NCBI GenBank assembly: GCA_031370645.1
Contig: JANMQV010000003.1
Coordinates: forward strand, 1-64,000
DNA: 64,000 nt
Direction of reading: 5' to 3'
DNA from: Candidatus Eiseniibacteriota bacterium
GTDB taxonomy: Bacteria; Eisenbacteria; RBG-16-71-46; SZUA-252
Position numbers and translations under genes: made by a program. Each line of letters opens with the position of its first letter. The stretch's first letter is position 1. The notes below the pieces were generated by a model. That model was not told the origin of the DNA and did not search any database. It was given only the letters and a program-made list of their open reading frames with translations. Of this stretch, positions 56,545 through 64,000 are shown piece by piece.

Positions 56545-57627
56545 GTGCCGCTTCAGACCACTCCGGAGCCAACCGTGAGTCACGATACGATGTGGGGCAT
56601 CCAGAAGCCCTCCGCCGAACCCGGAATCAAACTGGTGACGGTTCCGGTCCCGACCGTCGGCGCCAAGGACGTTCGCATCCGCGTGACGGCCTTCGCGATA
56701 TGCGGGACCGATCTCCACATCATCGAGTGGGACCGCTGGGCCGCGTCGCGCATCAGGCCGCCGCTCGTCTTCGGCCACGAGTTCACCGGTGTCGTCGAGT
56801 CGGTCGGCGACGACGTGACGCTCGTGAAACCGGGCGACCGCGTGACCGGCGAGACGCACATCTACTGCGGTCTCTGCTACGCCTGCCGTCGCGGCATGGC
56901 GCACCTCTGCCAGAACTGCAAGATCCTCGGCGTCGATCGCCAGGGGGCATTCGCCGATTACGTCGTCATTCCGGAAGGGAACGTTTGGAAGCTGCATCCC
57001 GACATCCCCGAGGAAATCGCCGCCGTGCACGATCCGCTCGGGAACGCGGTCCACACGGCGCTCGCCGGCCCGATCGCGGGGCTTCGCTTCGCGGTCTTCG
57101 GTTGCGGACCGATCGGCTGCTTCTCGGTCGGCATTCTGAAAGCATCGGGCGCTTCCTGGGTGGCGGCGATCGACAAGAATCCGCTCCGGCTCGAACTGGC
57201 CGAGCGGATGGGCGCCGATCTCCTCTTGAACGCGGAGAAGGACAACATCGCCCGCTCCATTCTCGACCGGACCGAAGGGCGCGGCGTCGATGGGATGCTC
57301 GAGATGTCGGGGCATCCGCAAGCGTTTCGCGACGGGTTCGACGCGCTGGCCAATGGGGGACGGGTTTCCCTCCTCGGCATTCCGTCCGCGCCGCTCGAGA
57401 TCGACGTGGCGAAGGAGATCATCTTCCGCGGCGTGACCGTCCAGGGAATCAACGGCCGGCTCATCTTCGACACCTGGTACCGCATGGAGGCGCTTCTGCT
57501 TTCCGGGAAGCTCGACATCCGCCCCGTCATCACGCACGTCCTCGGCTGGTCCGAGTTCGAGAAGGCGGTGGAACTCCAGCGGTCGGGGAAGGCGGGGAAG
57601 ATCGTGCTGAAAAGGGATCACGCGTGA
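56545..57627 (+). CDS. tdh: L-threonine 3-dehydrogenase
   Basis: Motifs ICGTDLHI, GHEF, Zn-binding CGLCYAC…C, DPLGNAVHT, LEMSG and GRLIFDTWY; SD GAGGAG before GTG. Confidence 0.94.
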   Translation: MPLQTTPEPTVSHDTMWGIQKPSAEPGIKLVTVPVPTVGAKDVRIRVTAFAICGTDLHIIEWDRWAASRIRPPLVFGHEFTGVVESVGDDVTLVKPGDRVTGETHIYCGLCYACRRGMAHLCQNCKILGVDRQGAFADYVVIPEGNVWKLHPDIPEEIAAVHDPLGNAVHTALAGPIAGLRFAVFGCGPIGCFSVGILKASGASWVAAIDKNPLRLELAERMGADLLLNAEKDNIARSILDRTEGRGVDGMLEMSGHPQAFRDGFDALANGGRVSLLGIPSAPLEIDVAKEIIFRGVTVQGINGRLIFDTWYRMEALLLSGKLDIRPVITHVLGWSEFEKAVELQRSGKAGKIVLKRDHA

Positions 57628-58835
57628 GCGCCGCGACCCCGGAGAGCCAGACGGCCGCCAATCCGCTTCACTTCCTCGACGAAGCGCTCCAGGAGATGAA
57701 GCGAGACGGTCTCTATCGCCGTCTTCGAATCCTGGACGGCGAGCAGAAGGCGCACGCTCGCTTCGACGGCCGGGAGGTGGTGAATCTCTCCTCGAACAAC
57801 TATCTCGGCCTCACGACGCATCCAAAACTCCGCGAGGCGGCGCTTCGCGCGGTGAAGGAGCTGGGCGTCGGATCGGGCTCGGTGCGGACGATCGCCGGCA
57901 CGATGGAACTCCACATGGAGCTCGAGCGACGTATCGCCGCGTTCAAGAAGACCGAAGCCGCCGTCGTCTTTCAGAGCGGCTTCGCGGCGAACGCGGGGAC
58001 CGTCTCGGCGATCCTCGGCAAGGAAGATCTCATTCTCTCCGACGAACTGAACCACGCGAGCATCATCGACGGCGCGCGCTTGAGCCGCGCCACCATCAAA
58101 GTCTTTCCGCACCGCGACGTCGCCGCCCTCCGTCGCCTCCTCGAGGAGACGAAGGAATTCAAGCGCCGCCTCGTCATCACCGACGGCGTCTTCAGCATGG
58201 AGGGCGATATCGCGCCGCTTCGGGAGATCACCGCCGCCGCGCGCGAGCATGGCGCGATCATGATGGTCGACGACGCGCATTCGAGCGGGGTCCTCGGGCG
58301 AAACGGTCGGGGAACGATCGATCACTTCGATCTCCACGGACAGGTCGACATCCAGGTCGGCACCTTGTCGAAGGCGATCGGCGTGCTCGGCGGATACGTC
58401 TGCGGCACGAAGTCGCTCATCGACTACCTCCACCACCGGGCGCGACCCTTCCTGTTCAGCACGTCCCATCCGCCGGCGGTCGCCGCCGCTTGCCTCGCGG
58501 CCTTCGACGTGTTGGAGGAGGAGCCGGAGCGGATCGAGCGCCTCTGGACGAACACCAAGCGCTTCAAGGCAGGGCTCGCACGGCTCGGCTTCAACACCGG
58601 CATCAGCGAGACGCCCATCACGCCGATCATCGTCGGCGAAGCCGAGATGGCGATGGGATTCTCGGACAAGCTCTTCGAGCGCGGAATTTTCGCGCAGGGA
58701 ATCGGCTTCCCGACGGTGGCGAAGGGGAAGGCGCGGCTTCGGACCATCGTGACCGCTACCCACACCGAGGCGGAACTCGACCAGGCGCTCGAAACGCTCG
58801 GAACCGTGGGACGCGACCTCGGCATCGTCCGGTAG
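57624..58835 (+). CDS. kbl: Glycine C-acetyltransferase (2-amino-3-ketobutyrate CoA ligase)
   Basis: Motifs SSNNYLGL, NHASIIDG, DGVFSMEG, DDAH and PLP lysine GTLSKA; coupled to tdh. Confidence 0.9.
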   Translation: MSAATPESQTAANPLHFLDEALQEMKRDGLYRRLRILDGEQKAHARFDGREVVNLSSNNYLGLTTHPKLREAALRAVKELGVGSGSVRTIAGTMELHMELERRIAAFKKTEAAVVFQSGFAANAGTVSAILGKEDLILSDELNHASIIDGARLSRATIKVFPHRDVAALRRLLEETKEFKRRLVITDGVFSMEGDIAPLREITAAAREHGAIMMVDDAHSSGVLGRNGRGTIDHFDLHGQVDIQVGTLSKAIGVLGGYVCGTKSLIDYLHHRARPFLFSTSHPPAVAAACLAAFDVLEEEPERIERLWTNTKRFKAGLARLGFNTGISETPITPIIVGEAEMAMGFSDKLFERGIFAQGIGFPTVAKGKARLRTIVTATHTEAELDQALETLGTVGRDLGIVR

Positions 58836-58851
58836 CGCGCGCGAGGACACC

Positions 58852-59859
58852 GTGCCGCCGCCCGGTGCCGGTCCGCTCCTCGTTCGATTGCCGAACTGGC
58901 TCGGCGATCTCATTCTTGCCTGGCCGGTGCTCGATGCCGCCGCGAACGGACCGGTGCTCTTCGTGGGACAGGGAGCGTTCGAACCGCTCGTCACCGCGCG
59001 GTATCCCCACGTCCGCTATGTCTCCTGGAGCCGCTCCACGCGGTATTCGCTCGCGGGGGTGATTCGCCGCGAACGCCCCCGCGCGGCACTCCTCTTGACG
59101 GATTCGTTCTCGTCCGCGCTTCTCGTCCTCCTGGCCGGAATTCCCCTGCGCATCGGATACGCCGCGGAGGGGCGAACGCTTCTTCTCACGAAGCGGGTCC
59201 GTCGCGAAGCGCCATCGCGCTTCACGGCGCGCGCCGACGAGTACCGCGCGCTCGCTCGTGCCGCGGGCCTCGTGGTGGAGAGTCGTCCTCCGTCGCTTTC
59301 GGTCACCGTCGGGGAGCGACGCAGCGCGCACGATCTTCTCTCTCGCCGCGGAATCTCGGATGCTGGGGGATCGGTGGTGGTTGCCCCCGGCGCGGCCTAC
59401 GGTCCCGCCAAGCAGTGGGGGCCCGATCGCTTCGGAGAAGCGGCCGCGACGATCGCGGCGCCGCGTGGGTGGCCGGTACTCACCGTCGGATCGGTGGCCG
59501 ATCGCGCCGCCGGAGCCGAAGTTACCGCGCGGGTCCTCGCCGCGGGGGCGAACGCTTTCGATCTCACGGGCGTCACGTCGCTCGCGGAACTCGTCGGGAT
59601 TCTCGCCGAGTCTTCGCTCGTCCTCACGAACGATTCTGGCGTCATGCACCTCGCCGCCGCGCTCGGTCGCCCGACGGTGGCGCTCTTCGGTTCGACGAGC
59701 CCAGTCTGGACCTCCGCGTCCGCGCCGTGGGTCGCGAATCTCTACGCCGCCTATCCCTGCTCTCCCTGTTATCGCCGCACCTGCCCGATCGGGTACGGCT
59801 GCCTGCGGGCCATTCATCCGTCGCGCGCGATCGAGGCGGCCACGCGGCTCCTCTCGTGA
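58852..59859 (+). CDS. waaF: Lipopolysaccharide heptosyltransferase II
   Basis: Motifs RLPNWLGD, APGAAYGPAKQW, TNDSGVMHLAAA and CSPCYRRTCP. Confidence 0.88.
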   Translation: MPPPGAGPLLVRLPNWLGDLILAWPVLDAAANGPVLFVGQGAFEPLVTARYPHVRYVSWSRSTRYSLAGVIRRERPRAALLLTDSFSSALLVLLAGIPLRIGYAAEGRTLLLTKRVRREAPSRFTARADEYRALARAAGLVVESRPPSLSVTVGERRSAHDLLSRRGISDAGGSVVVAPGAAYGPAKQWGPDRFGEAAATIAAPRGWPVLTVGSVADRAAGAEVTARVLAAGANAFDLTGVTSLAELVGILAESSLVLTNDSGVMHLAAALGRPTVALFGSTSPVWTSASAPWVANLYAAYPCSPCYRRTCPIGYGCLRAIHPSRAIEAATRLLS

Positions 59860-60881
59860 GCCAAACCGCCTCGACCGTGGCCGCAAGTGTGGGCCGCGGC
59901 GATCGTGCCGGCGTCGCTCTGGTCGACTGTTTCTTCGCCCTCCGCCCGCTACTCTGGATTCCCGCGATCGCACTATTTGAGGCCGGACGAACGGAAGCAG
60001 GCGGTTCCTGGTGGCCCCCGGTACGCGCGCTCCCACCGTTGGCGTCGCTGCTCGCGCTCCTCGGCGCGGTCCACCTTGCCAACGGGTGGAACGATCGCGC
60101 CGGAGACCGCCTGAATCGTAAGGGGGGCCTCGTTGCGACGGGCGCGATTCCAGGGCGGGATCTCGCGATCGGGGCCGTTCTCCTCGTCGTGCTCGGGGCG
60201 GCGCTGGCCTCATGTCCAGTCGTGACCTCCGCCGCTCGAATCTGGCTCGTGGCCGCGCTCGCGCTCGGAGCCGCGTATGTCCTTCCACCCTTCGAGTGGA
60301 AGCGCCGTCCCGCGCTCGACCTCCTCTCCCAGGCGGCCGGCTACGGCCTGGTGGCGTATTGCCTCGGCACGGAGTCGGCGATCCGGGATCCCGCTCTCTC
60401 GGACGGCAGGTGGCTCCGCGCCGCGCCTTACGCGCTCGGCATCGCGACGGTAGGGTTGGTCACGATGCTCGCCGATCGCGCGGGAGACGAAGCGGTGGGG
60501 CAGCGAACGACGGCCGTGGCCCTCGGCGCTCCGCGAACGGAGCGCGTGGCTCAGGGCCTGGCGACCGTGACCTCGTTCGCGGGGCTATTCGCCGGCGCCT
60601 GGGCGCCGGCGCTCTGGGGCTTCATCGCGCTCGCGCTGTTGTGCCTCGGCGACTTCACGGGTGCACCGCGGGCCGGCCGGTGGAACCAGGTCGCGGTCTC
60701 ACTCCAGGTGGCGTTCGTCATCCTTCTCCTGCCGCGGACACCGTTGCCGCTCATCGCCGCCGGCGCCATCGGGGTCGCGGTCGCGACGTACGACCGGGCG
60801 CGCGGAGGGCGGGGATACCCGTGGAGCGTGATGACGACCGGGCGTGGCGAATCGGAGGAAGGAAGCGCGATCCGCCGTTAG
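59856..60881 (+). CDS. UbiA-family intramembrane prenyltransferase
   Basis: Multi-TM protein with Asp-rich motifs NGWNDRAGDRLNRK and LADRAGD..VGQRT, plus YVLPPFEWKRRP. Confidence 0.75.
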   Translation: MSQTASTVAASVGRGDRAGVALVDCFFALRPLLWIPAIALFEAGRTEAGGSWWPPVRALPPLASLLALLGAVHLANGWNDRAGDRLNRKGGLVATGAIPGRDLAIGAVLLVVLGAALASCPVVTSAARIWLVAALALGAAYVLPPFEWKRRPALDLLSQAAGYGLVAYCLGTESAIRDPALSDGRWLRAAPYALGIATVGLVTMLADRAGDEAVGQRTTAVALGAPRTERVAQGLATVTSFAGLFAGAWAPALWGFIALALLCLGDFTGAPRAGRWNQVAVSLQVAFVILLLPRTPLPLIAAGAIGVAVATYDRARGGRGYPWSVMTTGRGESEEGSAIRR

Positions 60882-61975
60882 CGGACGACGCGCGTGTAGC
60901 TCGTTCCGTCGGTCTGGTAGAGGTACCGCGCCACGACGCGCGTGGCGTCTTCGGTCGGCAGGAATCCTTCGCGACCGAGCGACGCCAACTCGGCCGGGTA
61001 ACGACCGTGAACGGAGCGATAGGTCTCGAGCGCCACGGTCAGACGGGCCGCGTCGTTCACCGTCGCGATTTCAGGCGCGTGGGTCATGACCGGCGCCGTC
61101 GGTTCGGCGGCGAGGCGCGTCATGAGCACCGGTGTGGCCCAAAGCCCGATGGCGATCGAGGCTGCGAGCGCGAATCCGCCGACCGCAAGGGCGATTCCCC
61201 CCCCGGGCTCCGCGGGCTTCGGCTGAAGCGCCGGGGTCGCGAGCGAGGCGCCGCGCTGCGGCACCGCGCCGAGCGAAACCTCGATGACCCCGATCTCGAG
61301 AAGATGATGGAGCGCTTCGAACGCCTCGAATTCCACGAGCTTCGACTGCGCGACCACGTCCCGCAGGGGCCGGAGCCCGTCGACGAGCGGAATCATGCGG
61401 CGCTCGGCGTCGGTGAACTCCTTCGGCGGGGCGGCGAGCGGCTTCGGACGAAGCACCATCGCCGGACTCGAAAAGGTCTCCCGGTAGCGCGCCATCTCGT
61501 CCATCCGGCGCATGCTCTCCATCAGAAGTCCTTCGGTGTTGAGCCGCACGTTCACCGCGAACTTCGGAACCGTCCTCGCGTCGCCGGAGAAATTGTACTG
61601 CCCGGTCTTCCAGGTCAGGAGCTGGTGGAGCGTGTCCTGGATCTGGTCCTCCACCGCGCGGCCGAGGTCGTCGCTCGTCGTGTAGTTGCCGGTGAGGAGG
61701 ATGTCGGTCAGCTCGCGGCGGCTTTCGACCTCGATCGTTTCGATTTGTTTCAATTGCGCGTCGGTCAGCCGCCCGGTCTTCACGAGGAACGGCTTCAGCG
61801 GATCCTTCGCGTTCCGCCGCCGGTCGCGCGTCGAGACGATGCGACCTGCTTCGAAGAAGATGACCGCCACGTCGTCGCCGGAAGTGAGGCGGAGCACGCC
61901 CGACTTCTGCTGCACGGCGATCAGCTGGAGGATCTCCGGGAGGCTGAAGGTTTCGAGATTTCCTTGGAGGCCCAT
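60878..61975 (-). CDS. DUF4388 (PatA_N-like) domain membrane protein with a C-terminal pilin/GspG-like segment
   Basis: N-terminal LQGNLETFSLPEILQLI…KSGVLRL…IFFEAGRIV, then W..G.Y.F and LLMESMRRMDE, one TM helix, and LETYRSVHGRYP. Confidence 0.8.
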   Translation of the reverse strand: MGLQGNLETFSLPEILQLIAVQQKSGVLRLTSGDDVAVIFFEAGRIVSTRDRRRNAKDPLKPFLVKTGRLTDAQLKQIETIEVESRRELTDILLTGNYTTSDDLGRAVEDQIQDTLHQLLTWKTGQYNFSGDARTVPKFAVNVRLNTEGLLMESMRRMDEMARYRETFSSPAMVLRPKPLAAPPKEFTDAERRMIPLVDGLRPLRDVVAQSKLVEFEAFEALHHLLEIGVIEVSLGAVPQRGASLATPALQPKPAEPGGGIALAVGGFALAASIAIGLWATPVLMTRLAAEPTAPVMTHAPEIATVNDAARLTVALETYRSVHGRYPAELASLGREGFLPTEDATRVVARYLYQTDGTSYTRVVR

Positions 61976-61980
61976 GAATC

Positions 61981-63912
61981 TCACCCTCGGCGCGCGCGCT
62001 CGCGCGGCTCGCTGCTACGCGCGGCGGAACGGGCCGCGTTTCCGGTCAAGCCGGTCTCCCGACTCGTCGTGGTGGCGAAGTAGCGCGCGACGGTGATCGC
62101 GTAGGTCACGAGGAAGAGAATCAAAAGCGGCAATCGCTTCATCCATCCCGCGCCCGGAATCGGAAGAACGTCCAGGCTCGGGACGAGAGCGCCGTTCGGA
62201 ATGACGAGCATGGCGGCCGTGACCATCACGAGGATGGCCAGGAAACCGCTCAGCGCGGCGCCACGAAGCATCTGACCGGCGCCGGGAATGAGGAACGTCA
62301 GGGTGGCCTGGCCCATCGTGCGGCGGCGCGCCGAGGTGCGGTCGCGCTTCGTCAGGAGGAGCCGGGTGAATTCGGTCGATTTGAGGTCCTTCACGGAGTG
62401 GTAACAGTCCTCGCAGAAGGCGCGCTGCTGCATGCGGCGGACACAGCGCCGGCAGACGATCCGCTGGCAGTTGGAGCAGGGGATCGTGGAGAGACTCCGT
62501 CCGGCGATCTGGCCGGCCGCCGCGAAAATGAGGAAGAGCGCAGGGACGAAGACAAGGGCGAACGACGAGCCCGGCTGAAGCGACGCGGCGAAAGAGAGCC
62601 AACGGTTTCCCTCGAGCGCCGCGATGCCCTGCTCGGCCGAATGGCGCCGCGCCAGCGTCCAGAGTTCCTCGGCCGGAGCGGCCGCGTCCATGACGGTTCG
62701 GTTCAGTTGGGGCGTCGTCCACCGGCTGAAGTCGCGAACGCGGTCAAACGCGAGCCCGGTGGCTTTCGCCTGCTCGCGAGTCGCTTCGGTGAAGAGGAGC
62801 TGCTTCGTGTAGACCTGCGCCAGGTTGTAGTGCGGCTCGACGGCGGATGGATTCGCGGCCGCCGCCGTCTCGTACCACTGGCGGGCGTGATCGAAGTCCT
62901 CGCGAGCGAAATAGACGTTGCCGAGATTGGTAAGGATCCAGGAGTTCCGGGGCCGGAGGACCGCCGCGCGCGTCAGTTCACGCTCGGCCAAGTCGAGGTC
63001 GCCGCCCCGGCGTGCCTGCGTGCCGAGAGCGAACGCGTAGAGCGCCTCTTTGGGATCGACGTCCTGCCACGCGTGGAGCGCCGCCGCCAGGTCGGCGTCG
63101 TAGCCGCTATTGAGCGACCGATCGACGAGGAGGCTCGGCTCTTCCAGAGAAGGAGCCCCGGCCCACGGGGCGAGCAGCGGCATTCCTCCCGCGAGCGCCA
63201 GCGTCGAGGCGAGGAAGAGGAGGACGAGGAACCATTCGCGTTTTCCGAGCCGGAACGAGATCAACCCCGCGTAGAGCCCGGCGGTCGGAATCGCCCCGAG
63301 TCCCCAGGCACACGGGGCAAGAGCGATCATCATGGAGCCGATCCGGCCTGCCGAGGAGGCGCCGGCGTGGAAGGTCTCCTGGAGAATATGGATCAGGTGG
63401 GGCAGATGCCGAAGGGTGATGCCGGCGATCGCGAGCAGGAGCCCGATGGTCCAGACGATCGTGATCCCGGTCAGGAAATTCGCGAGAAGGTGGCGTTGCC
63501 ACGCGTAGCCGCGGCCCAAGATGCGGAATGCCTCGCTCCATTCGGAGACCGCGCGACCTGGATCGTCGAACAATATGATTCGGGCGATCGTGAAGTGCGC
63601 GTCGGGGAACGAAGGGTCGAAGAGGCTCGAGGCTTCGAGGAGGCGAATCGCCTCGGCCTTCTGGCCCTTGCTGGAGGCGGCCAGCGCCGCGCGGTAGCAG
63701 CCTTGCGCGGAAGGAAGGTCCCGGGTGATCCCCGCATCCCACTTATGTTCGAGGGCGCGCTGAATCTCGTCGGCGGACCAGGCGGCCCTGGCGGAAGGGG
63801 CCAATGTGGCGGCCAGCGCGAGCAGGGACACGACGAGCCCCGCCGCGACCCGAGTGCGTGCGGCGGAACCGACCGATGAACCGACCGAAGGGAAATCACG
63901 GCATCGCGCCAC
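61981..63912 (-). CDS. TPR-repeat, multi-TM protein with a B-box-like Cys-rich zinc finger
   Basis: Signal peptide, TPR motifs (LTNLGNVYF, HYNLAQVY), several TM helices, CSNC…CRRC…CEDC and a LIPGAGQ TM hairpin. Confidence 0.75.
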   Translation of the reverse strand: MARCRDFPSVGSSVGSAARTRVAAGLVVSLLALAATLAPSARAAWSADEIQRALEHKWDAGITRDLPSAQGCYRAALAASSKGQKAEAIRLLEASSLFDPSFPDAHFTIARIILFDDPGRAVSEWSEAFRILGRGYAWQRHLLANFLTGITIVWTIGLLLAIAGITLRHLPHLIHILQETFHAGASSAGRIGSMMIALAPCAWGLGAIPTAGLYAGLISFRLGKREWFLVLLFLASTLALAGGMPLLAPWAGAPSLEEPSLLVDRSLNSGYDADLAAALHAWQDVDPKEALYAFALGTQARRGGDLDLAERELTRAAVLRPRNSWILTNLGNVYFAREDFDHARQWYETAAAANPSAVEPHYNLAQVYTKQLLFTEATREQAKATGLAFDRVRDFSRWTTPQLNRTVMDAAAPAEELWTLARRHSAEQGIAALEGNRWLSFAASLQPGSSFALVFVPALFLIFAAAGQIAGRSLSTIPCSNCQRIVCRRCVRRMQQRAFCEDCYHSVKDLKSTEFTRLLLTKRDRTSARRRTMGQATLTFLIPGAGQMLRGAALSGFLAILVMVTAAMLVIPNGALVPSLDVLPIPGAGWMKRLPLLILFLVTYAITVARYFATTTSRETGLTGNAARSAARSSEPRERARRG

Positions 63913-63918
63913 GGCGGC

Positions 63919-63948
63919 ACGTTAGTCGTCCCCGAAACGGGGTGTCAA
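63919..63948 (-). promoter_or_regulatory. sigma70-type promoter (probably leaderless) for the TPR/DUF4388 pair
   Basis: Minus strand TTGACA(63948-63943)-N18-TAACGT(63924-63919), 6 nt before GTG 63912. Confidence 0.6.
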
Positions 63949-64000
63949 GGGAATTGTCCCCGCATGCTATTCTCGGCGGCTCGAGAAACACCCACACGAC

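Noticed and set aside
56475..57623. Apparent N-terminal extension or fusion on kbl (786-aa ORF)
   Set aside because: It is an alternative frame over tdh; kbl similarity begins at GTG 57624.
1..64000. CRISPR arrays, IS elements, integrases, prophage genes, rRNA/tRNA and low-GC islands
   Set aside because: I saw no regularly spaced repeats, transposase, integrase or phage motifs, RNA gene signatures or obvious compositional shifts by eye. Short tRNAs or sRNAs cannot be fully excluded without tRNAscan or Infernal.

Overview
This is a gene-dense, very GC-rich window of core chromosome from a diderm (LPS-making) bacterium, with about 53 CDS, nearly all on the + strand. The fused lpxC-fabZ, mcsA-mcsB-clpC and propeptide-type purF suggest an FCB-related or candidate-phylum lineage such as Ca. 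Eisenbacteria; this is an unverified inference. Envelope genes include a beta-propeller/Omp85 protein, a LolA-like and lipoprotein pair, lnt, lolC/E-lolD, bamA-skp-lpxD-lpxC/fabZ-lpxA-(GnnA-like)-lpxB-waaA-lpxK, msbA and two GT9 heptosyltransferases. Translation genes are cca, rsfS, argS, truA and lysS. Purine genes are purM, purB, purL, purQ, a probable tandem PurS and purF. The window also carries mcsA-mcsB-clpC, nadB and tdh-kbl. Regulatory genes are interleaved: an orphan histidine kinase and an HD-GYP protein that share a membrane sensor domain, a sigma54 activator with no input domain, an orphan MshEN-PilB/GspE ATPase with a double zinc ribbon, and a TPR/Zn-finger + DUF4388 membrane pair. 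I saw no rRNA, tRNA, CRISPR array, IS element or prophage. The most interesting signals are non-coding: a near-consensus sigma54 promoter before the HD-GYP gene, a near-consensus sigma28 promoter before the MshEN ATPase, a two-state hairpin over the tdh ribosome-binding site, leaderless promoters, and promoter boxes that double as stop codons. All family assignments are from motif recognition by eye, not database searches. I found no single clearly new multi-gene system. The best candidates are a dispersed sigma54/sigma28/c-di-GMP surface-appendage circuit and the single-chain PurS.
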